A stretch of 61,793 bases of DNA, the filler included. It is 14 parts of 14 records of this genome, joined end to end, with 100 filler letters (N's around TTAATTAATTAA, not from the genome) between each part and the next. Parts side by side here need not be neighbours in the genome. Positions count along the whole stretch, not along the records: positions 1 to 4,218 come from SRR7504441_12832; positions 4,319 to 7,358 come from SRR7504441_12833; positions 7,459 to 12,084 come from SRR7504441_12835; 11 more parts are not named here. One strand, 5' to 3'. Under the pieces are notes generated by a model. It made no database searches, was not told the origin of the DNA, and was given only the letters and a program-made list of their open reading frames with translations. Both the position numbers and the translations under genes were made by a program. This document shows, piece by piece, positions 1-10,994 of this stretch. Within the stretch, counting starts at the first letter, position 1, and each line of letters opens with the position of its first letter.

Positions 1-1
1 C

Positions 2-2311
2 ATTGGCGAGCAATTCGGTCGCAGTAGGCCGAATCTACAGACTTTGGTGTTCTCGAATACACGCCTCAGTGGATCTTTGCCTCAATCTTTCGGCAATCTT
101 ACAGATCTGCAGGCACTTCTTGCCCACGGGATGAGACTCTCTGGCTCGATTCCAGCATCATGGGTGAGCAAAGTCCGCCGATCCAATGGCACGCGAGTGC
201 TCCCAAATCTCCGTACACTGTCTCTGGCTCGGAACTACCTCACCGGCCGGACTGACGTGTTGGATAAAGCAATCAATCTCACAACATTGCTGCTTAACGG
301 AAATCATCTTGCTGGAAACGTAGCTCAGCTTGATGGTGCACTTGGTCTTGCAAGCGGATACTTTGCAGAACCGCAGGGAGAAGCAATGAAGCGAGTAGGT
401 CAACTCATGCAAGAAACTGGCAACCCATACGATCCATTCGCTGGCGTAAATCCGCAAAACTTCTCAAATATCGCGCTGGCCTTTGCGGGCAATCCTGAGC
501 TCACCACTTCAGCTTCTCTCCTAACGGGGAGTGAAGCCAGCAATCTGCTGGCCAAGGATTTGATCCGACAGGGTACTTTCGGTTTGTTTCCGGGCCATGG
601 GGACTACAAGTTGCTGTGTTGGTTCTTAATTCCAGCTCTGCTGCTTGCCCATGTTCTGGCAGTGGTCATCTCTGTCTACTCTCAAACAGATAGATGGCGA
701 ACAGGACCAAGTCGGCTGCTGGCCTACTTTTATGGGAGGGGAATCAAAAGCAACACTTCAGAGAGTGTGTTGACACTTGTTTTCTTGCGGTCGCAGGTTT
801 TCATTTTAATTCTTGCATTGCTGGGCTGCGCGTTAGTGGCACTCAATGTTTATTCAGATGAACTGAATGCCCAGTGTGACTGTGGTGACCCTTTGACGCG
901 AGTAACCATCAGTCTTATTGTGCCTGACAGTCGCTACGAGTACATTTGGGTGCTCTTGGCTGTCCTGATAACGACTACAGCGGCAGGGCTTGTCGAGTGG
1001 CTAGCCTGGGGGAATGCTGAGCACTGGTTGCGAGTCAATGCCCTGCTGCGGACCCTGACGTCTTTATGCGAGAGACATACACCACGAAGCACTGCTGTCC
1101 AAAACTGGCAGCGCAACTACATTCTGGACGACCAAGTGACGTGGATTCGTTCATTGTGTCACTTCATCGCACACATTCCCATTCTTATTGCAGCTGCTGC
1201 TCCTGCGTTCCTGTTTGTGACCGCCAATAATGTGCAGCATTCCAGTTCCTTTTGGCTCGGCCTGTGCAGCAACTCGCTCTTTATCGTAGTCGTAAAGCTG
1301 CTCTTCACTTCTTTTGTGGTGCCGCCTGCCTGTTCTTGGCTTGCGCGAATCAAATACGGAAAGCACGCTGTGGGCATGCAAGCGGAGGCGGTATGGCAAC
1401 CAAAATTGATCGAATACTTAAAGTCGAGAGTGAACTCGTCAATGCTGATTCAGATCACTACAATAGTGTTGGCGCCGATGCTAGCCGTGTTCTTGCTTGA
1501 CGAGGACTGCCTCAGATTTTACCTGCTGCTGGACAGCGAGCTAAGATCTCTGCTAGAGAGCTGGGACATTGGCATGATTGGAAGTCCAGCATACCGCTAT
1601 GGCTTTTGCTCTCGTGAACTTCTGCAACACTTCATGTATGTCTGGTTACAGGTCCTTGTGATAAACAGTTTGGCCCGCCCATCTATCTATCTAGTGCTGG
1701 CACTACCAACAACCCGTCGGATCGGTGCTCGACTAGACGACTGCTGGACTCGTCTTTGGGCCTCGATCACAGGGCATTCAATGCCCGATGCGGACCATGA
1801 GAGCTACGCTCAGACTCAGAGCGCAATGCTTGAGACCCAGGAGCAGTGCGTTCGTGTGATGGCAACCAAAATGACTGTCGCAGTGTTTGGCCCAATGATA
1901 CCACCGCTATTGCTTTTGGCACCTTTGGGCGTCTGGCTACAAATGTATGCACGACGTTGGAGTGCCAAGAGTAACACGAGATCTTTTGGGAATCGATTGG
2001 CGGACAATGTCTTGGTGCAACTGCCAATCGATGTTTTCAGAACAATGGTTCTTGTGCTGGGAACAGTCATGATTGTTTTCATTATTGTAGATCTGGAGTT
2101 CGGGATCGGTCCAGTCGTCTTCTTTGCTGCGCTAAGCCTGACACAGCTGATATTTGTTTCCTGGCTGATTCGGCATAAGAACCGATCTCTCATGCTGCAC
2201 GTAGGCAAGGCCGGATCTAAGTCGTGGGCCGGTTTTAGTGCTCCGGAAAAGATTGTCTTCAACGCAAGTAGAAGAGAGGTTGTGGTGTTTGAAGATGACG
2301 AGCTACTCTAA
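2..2311 (+). CDS. LRR-ectodomain multi-pass membrane protein, 5'-partial
   Basis: Frame is open from base 2. Plant-type LRRs (LSGSLPQSFGNLTDLQALLAHGMRLSGSIPASW; LRTLSLARNYLTG; LTTLLLNGNHLAG) are followed by roughly ten hydrophobic helices. No kinase domain. Confidence 0.8.
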   Translation: MGEQFGRSRPNLQTLVFSNTRLSGSLPQSFGNLTDLQALLAHGMRLSGSIPASWVSKVRRSNGTRVLPNLRTLSLARNYLTGRTDVLDKAINLTTLLLNGNHLAGNVAQLDGALGLASGYFAEPQGEAMKRVGQLMQETGNPYDPFAGVNPQNFSNIALAFAGNPELTTSASLLTGSEASNLLAKDLIRQGTFGLFPGHGDYKLLCWFLIPALLLAHVLAVVISVYSQTDRWRTGPSRLLAYFYGRGIKSNTSESVLTLVFLRSQVFILILALLGCALVALNVYSDELNAQCDCGDPLTRVTISLIVPDSRYEYIWVLLAVLITTTAAGLVEWLAWGNAEHWLRVNALLRTLTSLCERHTPRSTAVQNWQRNYILDDQVTWIRSLCHFIAHIPILIAAAAPAFLFVTANNVQHSSSFWLGLCSNSLFIVVVKLLFTSFVVPPACSWLARIKYGKHAVGMQAEAVWQPKLIEYLKSRVNSSMLIQITTIVLAPMLAVFLLDEDCLRFYLLLDSELRSLLESWDIGMIGSPAYRYGFCSRELLQHFMYVWLQVLVINSLARPSIYLVLALPTTRRIGARLDDCWTRLWASITGHSMPDADHESYAQTQSAMLETQEQCVRVMATKMTVAVFGPMIPPLLLLAPLGVWLQMYARRWSAKSNTRSFGNRLADNVLVQLPIDVFRTMVLVLGTVMIVFIIVDLEFGIGPVVFFAALSLTQLIFVSWLIRHKNRSLMLHVGKAGSKSWAGFSAPEKIVFNASRREVVVFEDDELL

Positions 2312-2724
2312 TGCGACGTTCTGCTACGTACTTGAGTTTTCTATGGGCTTTCAGTGATCTACTTTCAATGTCATGTGGCTGCACAAGACTGAATCTCATA
2401 GTAGCCACAATCACCGACGTGCACACTGATATATAGATGTATCGAATTCGAGCGATGGTAGAACGTAGGTAGAACGATAGGTTACGGGTATAATTATCAT
2501 TGGCATAATACTAATGCACGAATGTACATAAAGATCACAGATGATCACGGCAATATGTTTGACTACAGGTCGGGCAGTTGTCCGTGCAATAGTCGGTTAA
2601 TTACGGCAAATAATTAATTGTCGGTTGCGGCTGTGCGTGCAATAGTGAGTGAATCACAGTACCTAGGTACTGGATACAGTACCACGCGTCCAATCATGAT
2701 TGTAGTTTACGGCATATTCTCCTT

Positions 2725-4218
2725 TCAATAGAAGTCGACTTCGATTTGAATATTCTTCTGCGTTCGGATGACGGCATTCTTCTTTGACCCATCCGGCTGC
2801 AATGAAGCTGCCAGTCTGCGAGCGCGGACCACGCAGTAGTATTCGCATGGACAACCACTCTGAAGCGCAGGGGCACAAGCAATGTGGCGATCAGTTTCAT
2901 AATCACAGCCGCATGGCTCAACTTTGAACATCTCACTATAACCCTTAGTCCCCTTCACGTGTGTGGCAAACTTCGCAAAGCCAGCAACACCCAGAGCCTT
3001 CTGCAGGAACTCACTACAGCACTGGATATCCGAATCAGTGCCAACCAAGTCCTGGGAATCTGCCATATGACATCCCCAGGAGTCTGGGAATGGCGGCCCG
3101 TATTTCAGGAAACTGAACAAATCGAGGAAAGCAGGCGCAAGCACAGGGACAAGAAGCTGGATATCTGGGCTCTCGGCAAAATTCAGGGAGGGCCACACGG
3201 CACAGGGCAAGCTGATTCGTTGCCTCTGGAGACTGATTCGTCGTAAAGTGCGACAGGAAGATGAGTTGCTGCGACTTGCTCCATCGGCCAATCATCACAG
3301 CCACCAGCTTTGCCTTTGCAGGGATTGGCCAGTCGTGGGAAAGCCGGCCCGCGTTACTGGCTAAGCCCTGGCAGCTGTAATTGCAAAACGTGCAGCGCCT
3401 TCGCGAATAAGTGTATTCCCAATCATCACTGTACTCACAAAGCTCACAGCGACCATCCCAATCCCAGATGAAAAAGAAGCCCGCGTCCTCTTCGTATCTG
3501 GGAAATTTTTCGTCGAGGACAGCACGGTTGGGCCCGCCAGCCATGACATAGAGAGCTTTCCCGATGACTTCGATGGAACTGTCGTCAGTTGGGAAGAGTC
3601 TGAGCTGCTCGAAGAGACATTTGAGCACAACTGCAGTATCAACGCTCCAAGCACTGAAGTGATCTCCAACAGATGCCCTGAAGCGACGGCCCCAATTGTA
3701 TTCAGCGTCATTGCCGTCGCCTTGCAAAGCAGAAATAAGTTCTTCACGCGGGCCCTCGGAGTCAATAATTTCTGGACGACACTCAATGAATAAGGCCACC
3801 CGATCGGTCAGCGGCCATGTGCGTGCCACACGCTGAAGCAGTTCCTCCTCTGCAAGTGCATCGCAGTCGCAGTCGTTCCGAAGGGCAGGGATTTCCAGGA
3901 TGCGAACTCGGGCGTCAGCCGGATTCGCCAGCACCAGCGCCAGTGAGGCCAGGCACGCTCTGACTGAGCGGTCGGTGTGGAACACCGCAGTGGGTGAGTC
4001 GATTATGAGGGGCAGCATGTGCGCCAGCACTGTGTGCATCGCCTTGCAACTGCCAGCCAGCAGAGAGACAAAGTGCGCTGCACGGCAACGCAGCATGATC
4101 ATTGAAATGTTTTCGGCGGGTAGCTCCAAGAGCGGGGTAGACCCGAGCAGCGGAGCCTTCTGGGCACCGGTGCTTGTGCTGAGCTTTGGCCGGTCCAGCT
4201 CTTCTGCCTCCCTCCTTG
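2725..4218 (-). CDS. Hypothetical protein with F-box-like N-terminal motif, 5'-partial; 3' exon structure uncertain
   Basis: Frame is open from the contig edge. LLELPAENISMIMLRC...LAGSCKAM resembles an F-box. ORFs 3035-4129 and 2725-3291 are probably parts of one gene. Confidence 0.4.
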
Positions 4219-4337
4219 NNNNNNNNNNNNNNNNNNNNNNNNNNNNNNNNNNNNNNNNNNNNTTAATTAATTAANNNNNNNNNNNNNNNNNNNNNNNNNN
4301 NNNNNNNNNNNNNNNNNNAATTTCGTCCGCTCTTTGT

Positions 4338-4461
4338 TGAGTGTTAATCGAGTGCTGGCCACAAAGCTGAGTGTTAATCATAATCGAAGTCCTCTTGTGA
4401 ACCAACCGGAAAGCCGGATGCCACAAATCTGAGAGAAAACAGCGCAAATCTGAGTGTTAAT
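4338..4461 (+). promoter_or_regulatory. Three copies of TGAGTGTTAAT upstream of the RWP-RK gene
   Basis: Exact 11-mer at 4338-4348, 4368-4378 and 4451-4461, two of them preceded by CAAA(G/T)C. Confidence 0.35.
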
Positions 4462-4571
4462 AGCGGGGTCTAGTCAAGGCGGATATCAGCTTTCAACCGC
4501 GAAGCGGATTCAGCGACCGCGTCTGAGACGCATTGCACGCATTGCCCGGCGCTCTCTTTCTCTCTCTCAAC

Positions 4572-5338
4572 ATGCGCCCGGGCAAGCACATCACCTTCGA
4601 ACAGCTGCAAGAGCACTTTGACAAGCCGCTCGTCGACGCGGCGCACATCCTTGGCGTGTGCACCACCTTCTTCAAGGTCCGAGGCCCGCCGGTTGGGGTT
4701 GTCACATTTTGGGCTGCAGAAGACGTGCCGCAAGCACGGGATCAAGCGATGGCCATGGCGCAAGGTGGCCACCCGCGTGTTCGTCCCGGGCTGAGCCGGT
4801 CGGCAGATGGCGCGTCTCCGCCGGCAGGAACTCGAGCGACAACATCGCGAGCCCTACCGCCAACCAATGGACGAGGCCCAACTCAAATACCACGGCCAAG
4901 TCTGGAGCTACGGGGTTCCGTACGCGGTCCGGATGCCGGCCGGGACCGGCTTGTTTCCGGTGAACCGACCCGGCTTCTGCGGATGGCCGCCGCGCGAGCA
5001 AGACTCGGAATACTCGGAAGATAGGAACGTTCCGAGCACGCCGGAAGGCGAGGGGCAAGAGGCGGAAGAGGAGACCGGCGACGAGGGGCGGCCACCGTCC
5101 ATCTCGGCGGCGGAGTCGGTACTGACGGAGCTCCTGGTGGACATGTACGTGAAGAACTCTCCAAAGGTTCGCATACCAGCCTTAGTCTTGAGCAAGCATC
5201 TAGAGGATGTGTCTTGACGTGGATCTGATGGGTCGCGGCAGATCAAGAGCCACGCGGCGCCCGAGTTGTGAGCCCGCCTGGAGTCGACCTGCTCGGTTGC
5301 AGTCCAGTGACCGCACCTGTCCAAGAGAGCGTGCATAG
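4572..5338 (+). CDS. RWP-RK domain transcription factor (exons 4572-4676, 4720-4764, 4807-; ends at 5217, or at 5338 if 5167-5203 is an intron)
   Basis: Removing GT-AG introns 4677-4719 and 4765-4806 gives ITFEQLQEHFDKPLVDAAHILGVCTTFFKKTCRKHGIKRWPWRK, the RWP-RK consensus. Confidence 0.9.
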
Positions 5339-5704
5339 CAGGATTATAGCCAGAGAGTCACCGCTGTCAACTGAGCGATCAGCGGAGGTCGCACTAATTG
5401 AGCGCAAAAGAGAGATCTGGATCCGAATGATGTCGGTTGCCCAAACTCCTTGTAGGATAACGTAATCACGGAGCGATGATCCGATCGTGAATAGTGCTTG
5501 AACTAAGTTAATTGAAACTAATCATAAATTTGTGTATATTTCAAATGCGGGACGGTTTATTGCATGAGATCAAGAATCTCTATCGAACGCCATGCCGTGA
5601 GCCCGATAGTTCCGTCCTTACACGTCCCGTCCAGACAGCGTAGCTAGACTCCTAACCATCTGATCCGCGAGTTTCTTCCCTAGCCTCCCGCTAGAATGGC
5701 CTCT

Positions 5705-6762
5705 TCACTTCTCCTTCTTCTGCTCGGCCTTGCCCACGTTGTTCTTGTAGTCCGGTGTCATAAAAGCGGTCACGGCTGTCATGAACGCCATGAAATTGTA
5801 GCCCAGAAAGTGCACGACCAGCCTCAAACCCATCGACACGCCGCCAATGTCCGCCACAACAGCGGCTCGGCCGACGTGCCGGGTGAAGAGCCCGGGAAGG
5901 TCCTCAGGCTGCACGCCAAACTTGTAGAACTGAGCCATAGCCTCGATTTTAGCCGACGTGAACCCGGTGTTGCCGCCTCCAGAGGTGAACCGGCTGTGCA
6001 CAGGCGAAGGGTGGATCGAATGTACATGCACCCCGCGCGCCCGGGCCTCGCAGGCCAGCGACGCGGCGAACGCCGACAGCCCAGCTTTGGTGGTGGCTGG
6101 AACACATGGCTCAGGAAGGCGGGTGGCAAGGGGCACCGTAGAGGCAGGCGAACGGGTTGGGGATGTACGAAGCCGAGCTGGAAGTGAATACGATGCAGCC
6201 CGGGAGCTGCTTGCTGATCATCCGGCTGTACAGGTGGTGGGCCAGCCAGATGTTGGCCGTGAGGTTGCAGTGCAGGTTGGCCAGGTGGGTCTGAACCTTG
6301 TGACTCTCAAACATCCCAGTGACGATGTACCCGGCGTTCAGGAAACAGACCTGCGGGTCCTTGTCCGTTGTAGCCGCGCGCACCTCCTCCATCCACGCCC
6401 CGGAGGCGTCGGACAAGTCAGCGTTGATCTGCACCAGCTCCCGGTCTGACCGGCCGGCTCAGCCAGCGCCCTGGCAACGAGCGGCCACCGGGGAACTTCT
6501 GCTTCATCTCGGCAACGGCCTGATCGAACATGGGCTCGCCCCGCGAGACGAGCACGAGGTCGAGCCCCTGGCCAAGCAGAGTATGGGCCAGTGCTTTGCC
6601 AATCCCGGAAGAGGCTCCTGTCACCAGGCCCCAGCTGGCCTTGTACTTGCGCTTGAGGTCCTGGGGCCCGGCCAACATGGGCAGCAGGCTGTTGAGCACA
6701 AGGTACATCACCGGCGAGAACAGCAAGACCGCCCAGAACACCCACGAAAGCAGACAGAGCAT
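5705..6762 (-). CDS. Membrane-anchored short-chain dehydrogenase/reductase, very-long-chain 3-oxoacyl-CoA reductase-like (introns 6446-6488, 6097-6136)
   Basis: N-terminal TM segment, TGASSGIG, NAG motif, and catalytic YATTK (YxxxK) formed across the second intron. Confidence 0.85.
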
Positions 6763-6840
6763 GTTGTATTACTTCGACCGAGCTACGGTCGCCCAAATCT
6801 AACGGAACGACGCCGTCTCCCCTCCGTCCGAGGCTGAGAG

Positions 6841-7358
6841 ATGGGTTGCTGCGGCTCTTCGGGCCGGCCCGTGCCCTCGCCCCGGGCCAACTCGGACCAC
6901 TCCGTCTCGACCCCACAGACTGGCGCCGTGGTCAAGGCACCTGTCATCGTGACTCCTGTCGTCGGCGCGCCAGTGGTCAGCAAGCACGAGTGCGCCAGGC
7001 CGCCGCGCACCGCACCGCTCACTCGGTCGGGCAGGCCGGCAGCGCAGCCCCGGCAGCCGCTCGAACAGCCCCGTTCGGAGTCGCCCGACGTGTCGGCCCC
7101 GCCCAGGCGGCGGCAGGCCTCCTCTGAGCTAGAGAGCGAACCCGCCCGACCGCGGGTGGCGGCAGTGGGCAGGCCGCGGCTGACGGGTGGGCAGGCGCTG
7201 AGTGGCGTATTGGACCCGGACGGGCCGGTGTCGCCCGAGGCGAGGGCACGGATGGACGCGCGGGTGGCGCAAGCTCAGCGGATATACCAATCGAAGAGCC
7301 CCCAGTCGAGCCCAAAGCAACCAGGCAGGGTATTGGACCGGGGCCAAAGCCCCAAGGC
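6841..7358 (+). CDS. Hypothetical Pro/Ser-rich protein with N-terminal dual-acylation motif, 3'-partial
   Basis: MGCCGSSG (myristoylation plus palmitoylation pattern); frame open to the contig end. Confidence 0.55.
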
Positions 7359-7458
7359 NNNNNNNNNNNNNNNNNNNNNNNNNNNNNNNNNNNNNNNNNN
7401 NNTTAATTAATTAANNNNNNNNNNNNNNNNNNNNNNNNNNNNNNNNNNNNNNNNNNNN

Positions 7459-7579
7459 CCCCGCCGCACTCCTTGCACTGCCTGCGCAACCGACCGTGGG
7501 GGCAGAAACCCTTCCCGCCGCACTCCTTGCAAACGTAGCGCAACCGGCCGTGTGGGCAACGCGCTCGAACGTAGGGCAT
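7459..7579 (-). CDS. CxHG-x4-CxECGG cysteine/histidine repeat protein, 3'-partial
   Basis: MPYVRARCPHGRLRYVCKECGGKGFCPHGRLRRQCKECGG; two 54-nt repeat units before the contig break. Confidence 0.7.
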
Positions 7580-7626
7580 CTCAAGAGAAACCGCAGCTGA
7601 AAGTCGGTTGGTGCTTTCTGATCGGC

Positions 7627-8198
7627 ATGCCAGCGCTACTGCTTGCGGTGGCACTAGCCTGCGGGCCGGCCTTGGGGCAACATATCTGGGACATGGGCCC
7701 CGCCCAGCCGCCCGCCGCCCCGCGTGACCCTTGGGAGCCCCGCGCACCCGCCGCCCCGGCCGCCCCCAAACCGCGCCGGCCATCCAAGACGCTCGCTCAG
7801 GAGCGTCAAGCGCACGCCTTTCAAGATGCGGTCTCGCAGGTGCGCTCTCCCGCCGCTTGGGAGCCTCACACGGGCCGCAGGCCGAAGCCACCGGCCCGGC
7901 CCCACCCATCAACGCGCCGGCCGCCCCCGCCTTGCCCGTGGTTGCGGAGCGGCCCCGAGCTGGACTGTCTCTCGAGCAGCTCGAGGGTACCGGGGGCGGG
8001 GGCGGGATCAACACCGAATCCAAAGTGCCGCTGTGGCTGCTCAAGATGAAACTGGGCGACAAGGCGGCCGGCGCCGTGGCCGCAAAGCCAGTAAATTCGG
8101 AGCCGGCGCAGGGCGATCCGTGGGCGCCGGTGCGAGGCAAGTACGCGCGGATGCAAAACAAGTTCCTGGACAAGATGGCTCCGAAAGGCCAGGACTGA
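7627..8198 (+). CDS. Secreted Pro/Ala-rich hypothetical protein (intron 7840-7880)
   Basis: Signal peptide MPALLLAVALACGPALG. A 41-nt GT-AG intron joins ORFs 7552-8049 and 7731-8198 in frame. Confidence 0.6.
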
Positions 8199-8487
8199 CC
8201 CTAACAATCGCCCAATGAGTTCTGCCGCCTATTGATTAAACTGGTGCTCGCAACCTTTTATTTATTTTACCGGTACAAGTAAGTACATGACATTGTACTG
8301 GTACTGTAATGCCTCATCCATGGCCTCATCATGTTGACCACACAACACTCACAACACTCGCCACTTGCAACATTATTCGTCTTAGGCTGGTCTCGCTCAT
8401 ACGCTCGCTCATACGCTCCGCTCAGAGGCCGCAGCTGCACTCCAACGGCGCAATCCCCCAAGAAGAGAGAAGCCGAGTGCGACCCTC

Positions 8488-9153
8488 ATGTCGGCCGGAT
8501 CTGCCCTCCGCTCCGCAGCCTTGCTTCGACCCAGATTGGCCGCCCACCGTTGGCTGAGCACCCCCGCGCACAGGCCGGGCAGACCCGTCACGCCTATCGC
8601 CCGACTGGGCACCGATGATGCGCGCATGTCGAGCGCTGTGGTCAACGCGGGCCTGGTCTATATCTCCGGCCAGGTCCCCGACCCGGGCAGCTCCGGAGTG
8701 GAGGAGCAAACGCGGGAGGTGCTCGCCAAGGTCGATGGGCTGCTCGAGCAGGCTGGGGCGTCCAAGTCCTCGCTGCTGACCGCCAACATTTGGCTAAGAG
8801 ACATCGGCAGAGACTTTGACGGGATGAATCGCGAATGGTGCAGCTGGCTGGACCCGGACAACAAGCCGGTGCGGGCGACGGTACAAGCGGCGATGGCCCG
8901 GCCCGAGATTTTAGTAGAAATCCAGGTCACCGCTGTGCTGGAGACCGAGCTACGATTCGGAATGGGCGAGCGAGTGGAGTGCAACATGGGGGCGGGTGCC
9001 TGGGCGCCAGGCACAGTGATTGCGCTCAACTACCGCGAGGAGGGCTGGCCGTCTGGCAAGACGGCGCCGTATCAGGTCAATCTGGACGGCGACAGCGACA
9101 GGCAGATTTATGCGCCTGAAGACCACGACGGGATCATCCGGCGTGCGCCCTAG
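8488..9153 (+). CDS. RidA/YjgF-family (YoaB/Rid6-like) protein with putative mitochondrial presequence and an extra C-terminal SH3/Tudor-like domain
   Basis: RMSSAVV...VYISGQV...EQTREVLAKVD...ANIWLRDI...DFDGMN...W...PVRATVQA...LVEIQVTA; Arg-rich, acid-free N-terminus. Confidence 0.9.
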   Translation: MSAGSALRSAALLRPRLAAHRWLSTPAHRPGRPVTPIARLGTDDARMSSAVVNAGLVYISGQVPDPGSSGVEEQTREVLAKVDGLLEQAGASKSSLLTANIWLRDIGRDFDGMNREWCSWLDPDNKPVRATVQAAMARPEILVEIQVTAVLETELRFGMGERVECNMGAGAWAPGTVIALNYREEGWPSGKTAPYQVNLDGDSDRQIYAPEDHDGIIRRAP

Positions 9154-9548
9154 CGGATTGCAGAACTGGGTCGCGTCAAAAGCACGGTTGTGGCCTCCGG
9201 CGAATGGCGCGCCACGGCTAGCGTACGCACTCACTACTGACTAACTACTCGTACTCGTAGTACATGTTCAGGATGTAACGACTCTACTCAATGCGTCTCG
9301 AACTGTGCATTGAACCAATGAGGCTTTAAACACTCCACGTATAGCCATACACATGAATTTAGATTGAGCGTGCACGTACTCGGCACATCAGACGTCAATC
9401 AACGGCTCAAATCATGCGTCGCGACGAGTTTATAATATTCATACGTAGAGACTCATTTGATGATTCATCAGAGTGATTGATGATTCAAATGAACTTGATT
9501 TTAAGTACTATACACGGCAGCTTGCACAATCACCCCAGCCCGCTCCGG

Positions 9549-10593
9549 TCAGATCTGCTGCCGCAACTGCTCCGGCTTGTGCTGGTCGTTGGACCTCTCA
9601 AAGTAAACCTTTCTCCCAGGCGATGGTGACAGACTCCGGCCCCGCGGCCTCGGGAGCTCTACTGTAGGCGAATCCAGCCGGGAGAAGATCGACTTGCCCC
9701 CGCCGAGCTGCCGGCCACCCGACGCCAGAAAGCCCCTCGGGGCCGGGCCGGAGGGGTCAGGGGCACTCGGTCGTTGGCGAGCTGGCGACTGGCTCCTGCT
9801 GACTGAGGGGCTGCCTTGCCGGGAGGGCGACCGGCCACGCTTGTGCCGTTTCTTGTGCTTCTTCCGCTTGGGGGAGCAGGTGCCCACACTGAACGCGCCC
9901 TGGAGGGTTTGGATGCCCTCGAACGGCTTGTGAAGCTCAAAGCCCCTCAGGATAGCTTCTAGATCGCACATACGCCGGCCAGTCACACGGAGCACGCGCA
10001 GCCGGCTGGCGTTGAGTGCCCGTTGGAGCTCGACGAAGATCTTGTCCTCGGACACCAGCACCAGAAGACCGGACGGGTTGGCATCGGCCAGGCTTGTCGC
10101 CGTCATCACCATACGGCAGTCGGCGCTATCTGCCCCCCCGCGGTCAGCCTAGCAGGTCAGGTGGCCCACCTTTGGTCTTGCTGGTCTCAACCAGCACCAG
10201 CCTCTCCCCGAGACCCCGGGCGCACCGGGTACCCACCAGCCGCTCCCTCGGGATGCTATCAGACCGATAGAACGCCGCCACATGGCACGGCAGCGCGCAG
10301 GGCACGGTCTGGAAGAACGTAGGCCAGTTGTCCAGGTCCACCAGCACCGTCAGCGGCCCGCCGGCCGCCGCGGCTCGCCAAGCCTCCAGGCTGGCCGCTA
10401 CGGCCGCCGGCCGGGCCGGGCTGGGCTCCCGACTGTTCGACCGGCTGTGGGACGGGCTGTTGGTCAAGTCAGCGAGCGGCCGCTTGACCGGTTTGCCAGG
10501 GACAGCCGATCCGAGCCGGTCGGCCAGCCGGGGGCGGACCGGTTGGGGGACGGCCGGCCCGTCGGGTAGGATGGTGAGCGCCGGCAGATCCAT
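9549..10593 (-). CDS. ZNF451-type PIN/NYN-like domain protein (intron 10130-10169)
   Basis: VLVDLDNWPTFF...TKDSAD (formed across the intron)...VLVSEDKIFVEL, the PIN acidic pattern; basic Lys/Arg/Ser-rich tail. Confidence 0.7.
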
Positions 10594-10994
10594 CGCCCCC
10601 CACCAACAACTCTCTGCGAAGAAGTTTCGGATTCATACCAAACAGAGTCCGTTGTTTGGCGATCGGTGGCCTGGATCAGTCCATCTGAACATTCAGTCAA
10701 CTTATTCAGTCTAGATAATCGATACGAGTGCGCGCATGTGCCACCGCCCGGGGAAGCGCCTGGGTGCGGCACCGGCCCGATTCAGTGGGCTGTTGCTAGA
10801 AGCGAGCCAGAGCCGAGATCGCGAGCAATTTCATTCAAGCTCGTCAACTGTAATTATGACAACGGCAACAAACAGTGCACGCACAACAACCACGGAATAC
10901 CAGCCCGCGCACACCGGCCACCGGTCCCATCCCAGCCCCCGCCCGGCTTCCACGGATCTGCGTAGGACGGACTAGGTCGGACAGGTAGGGGCGT

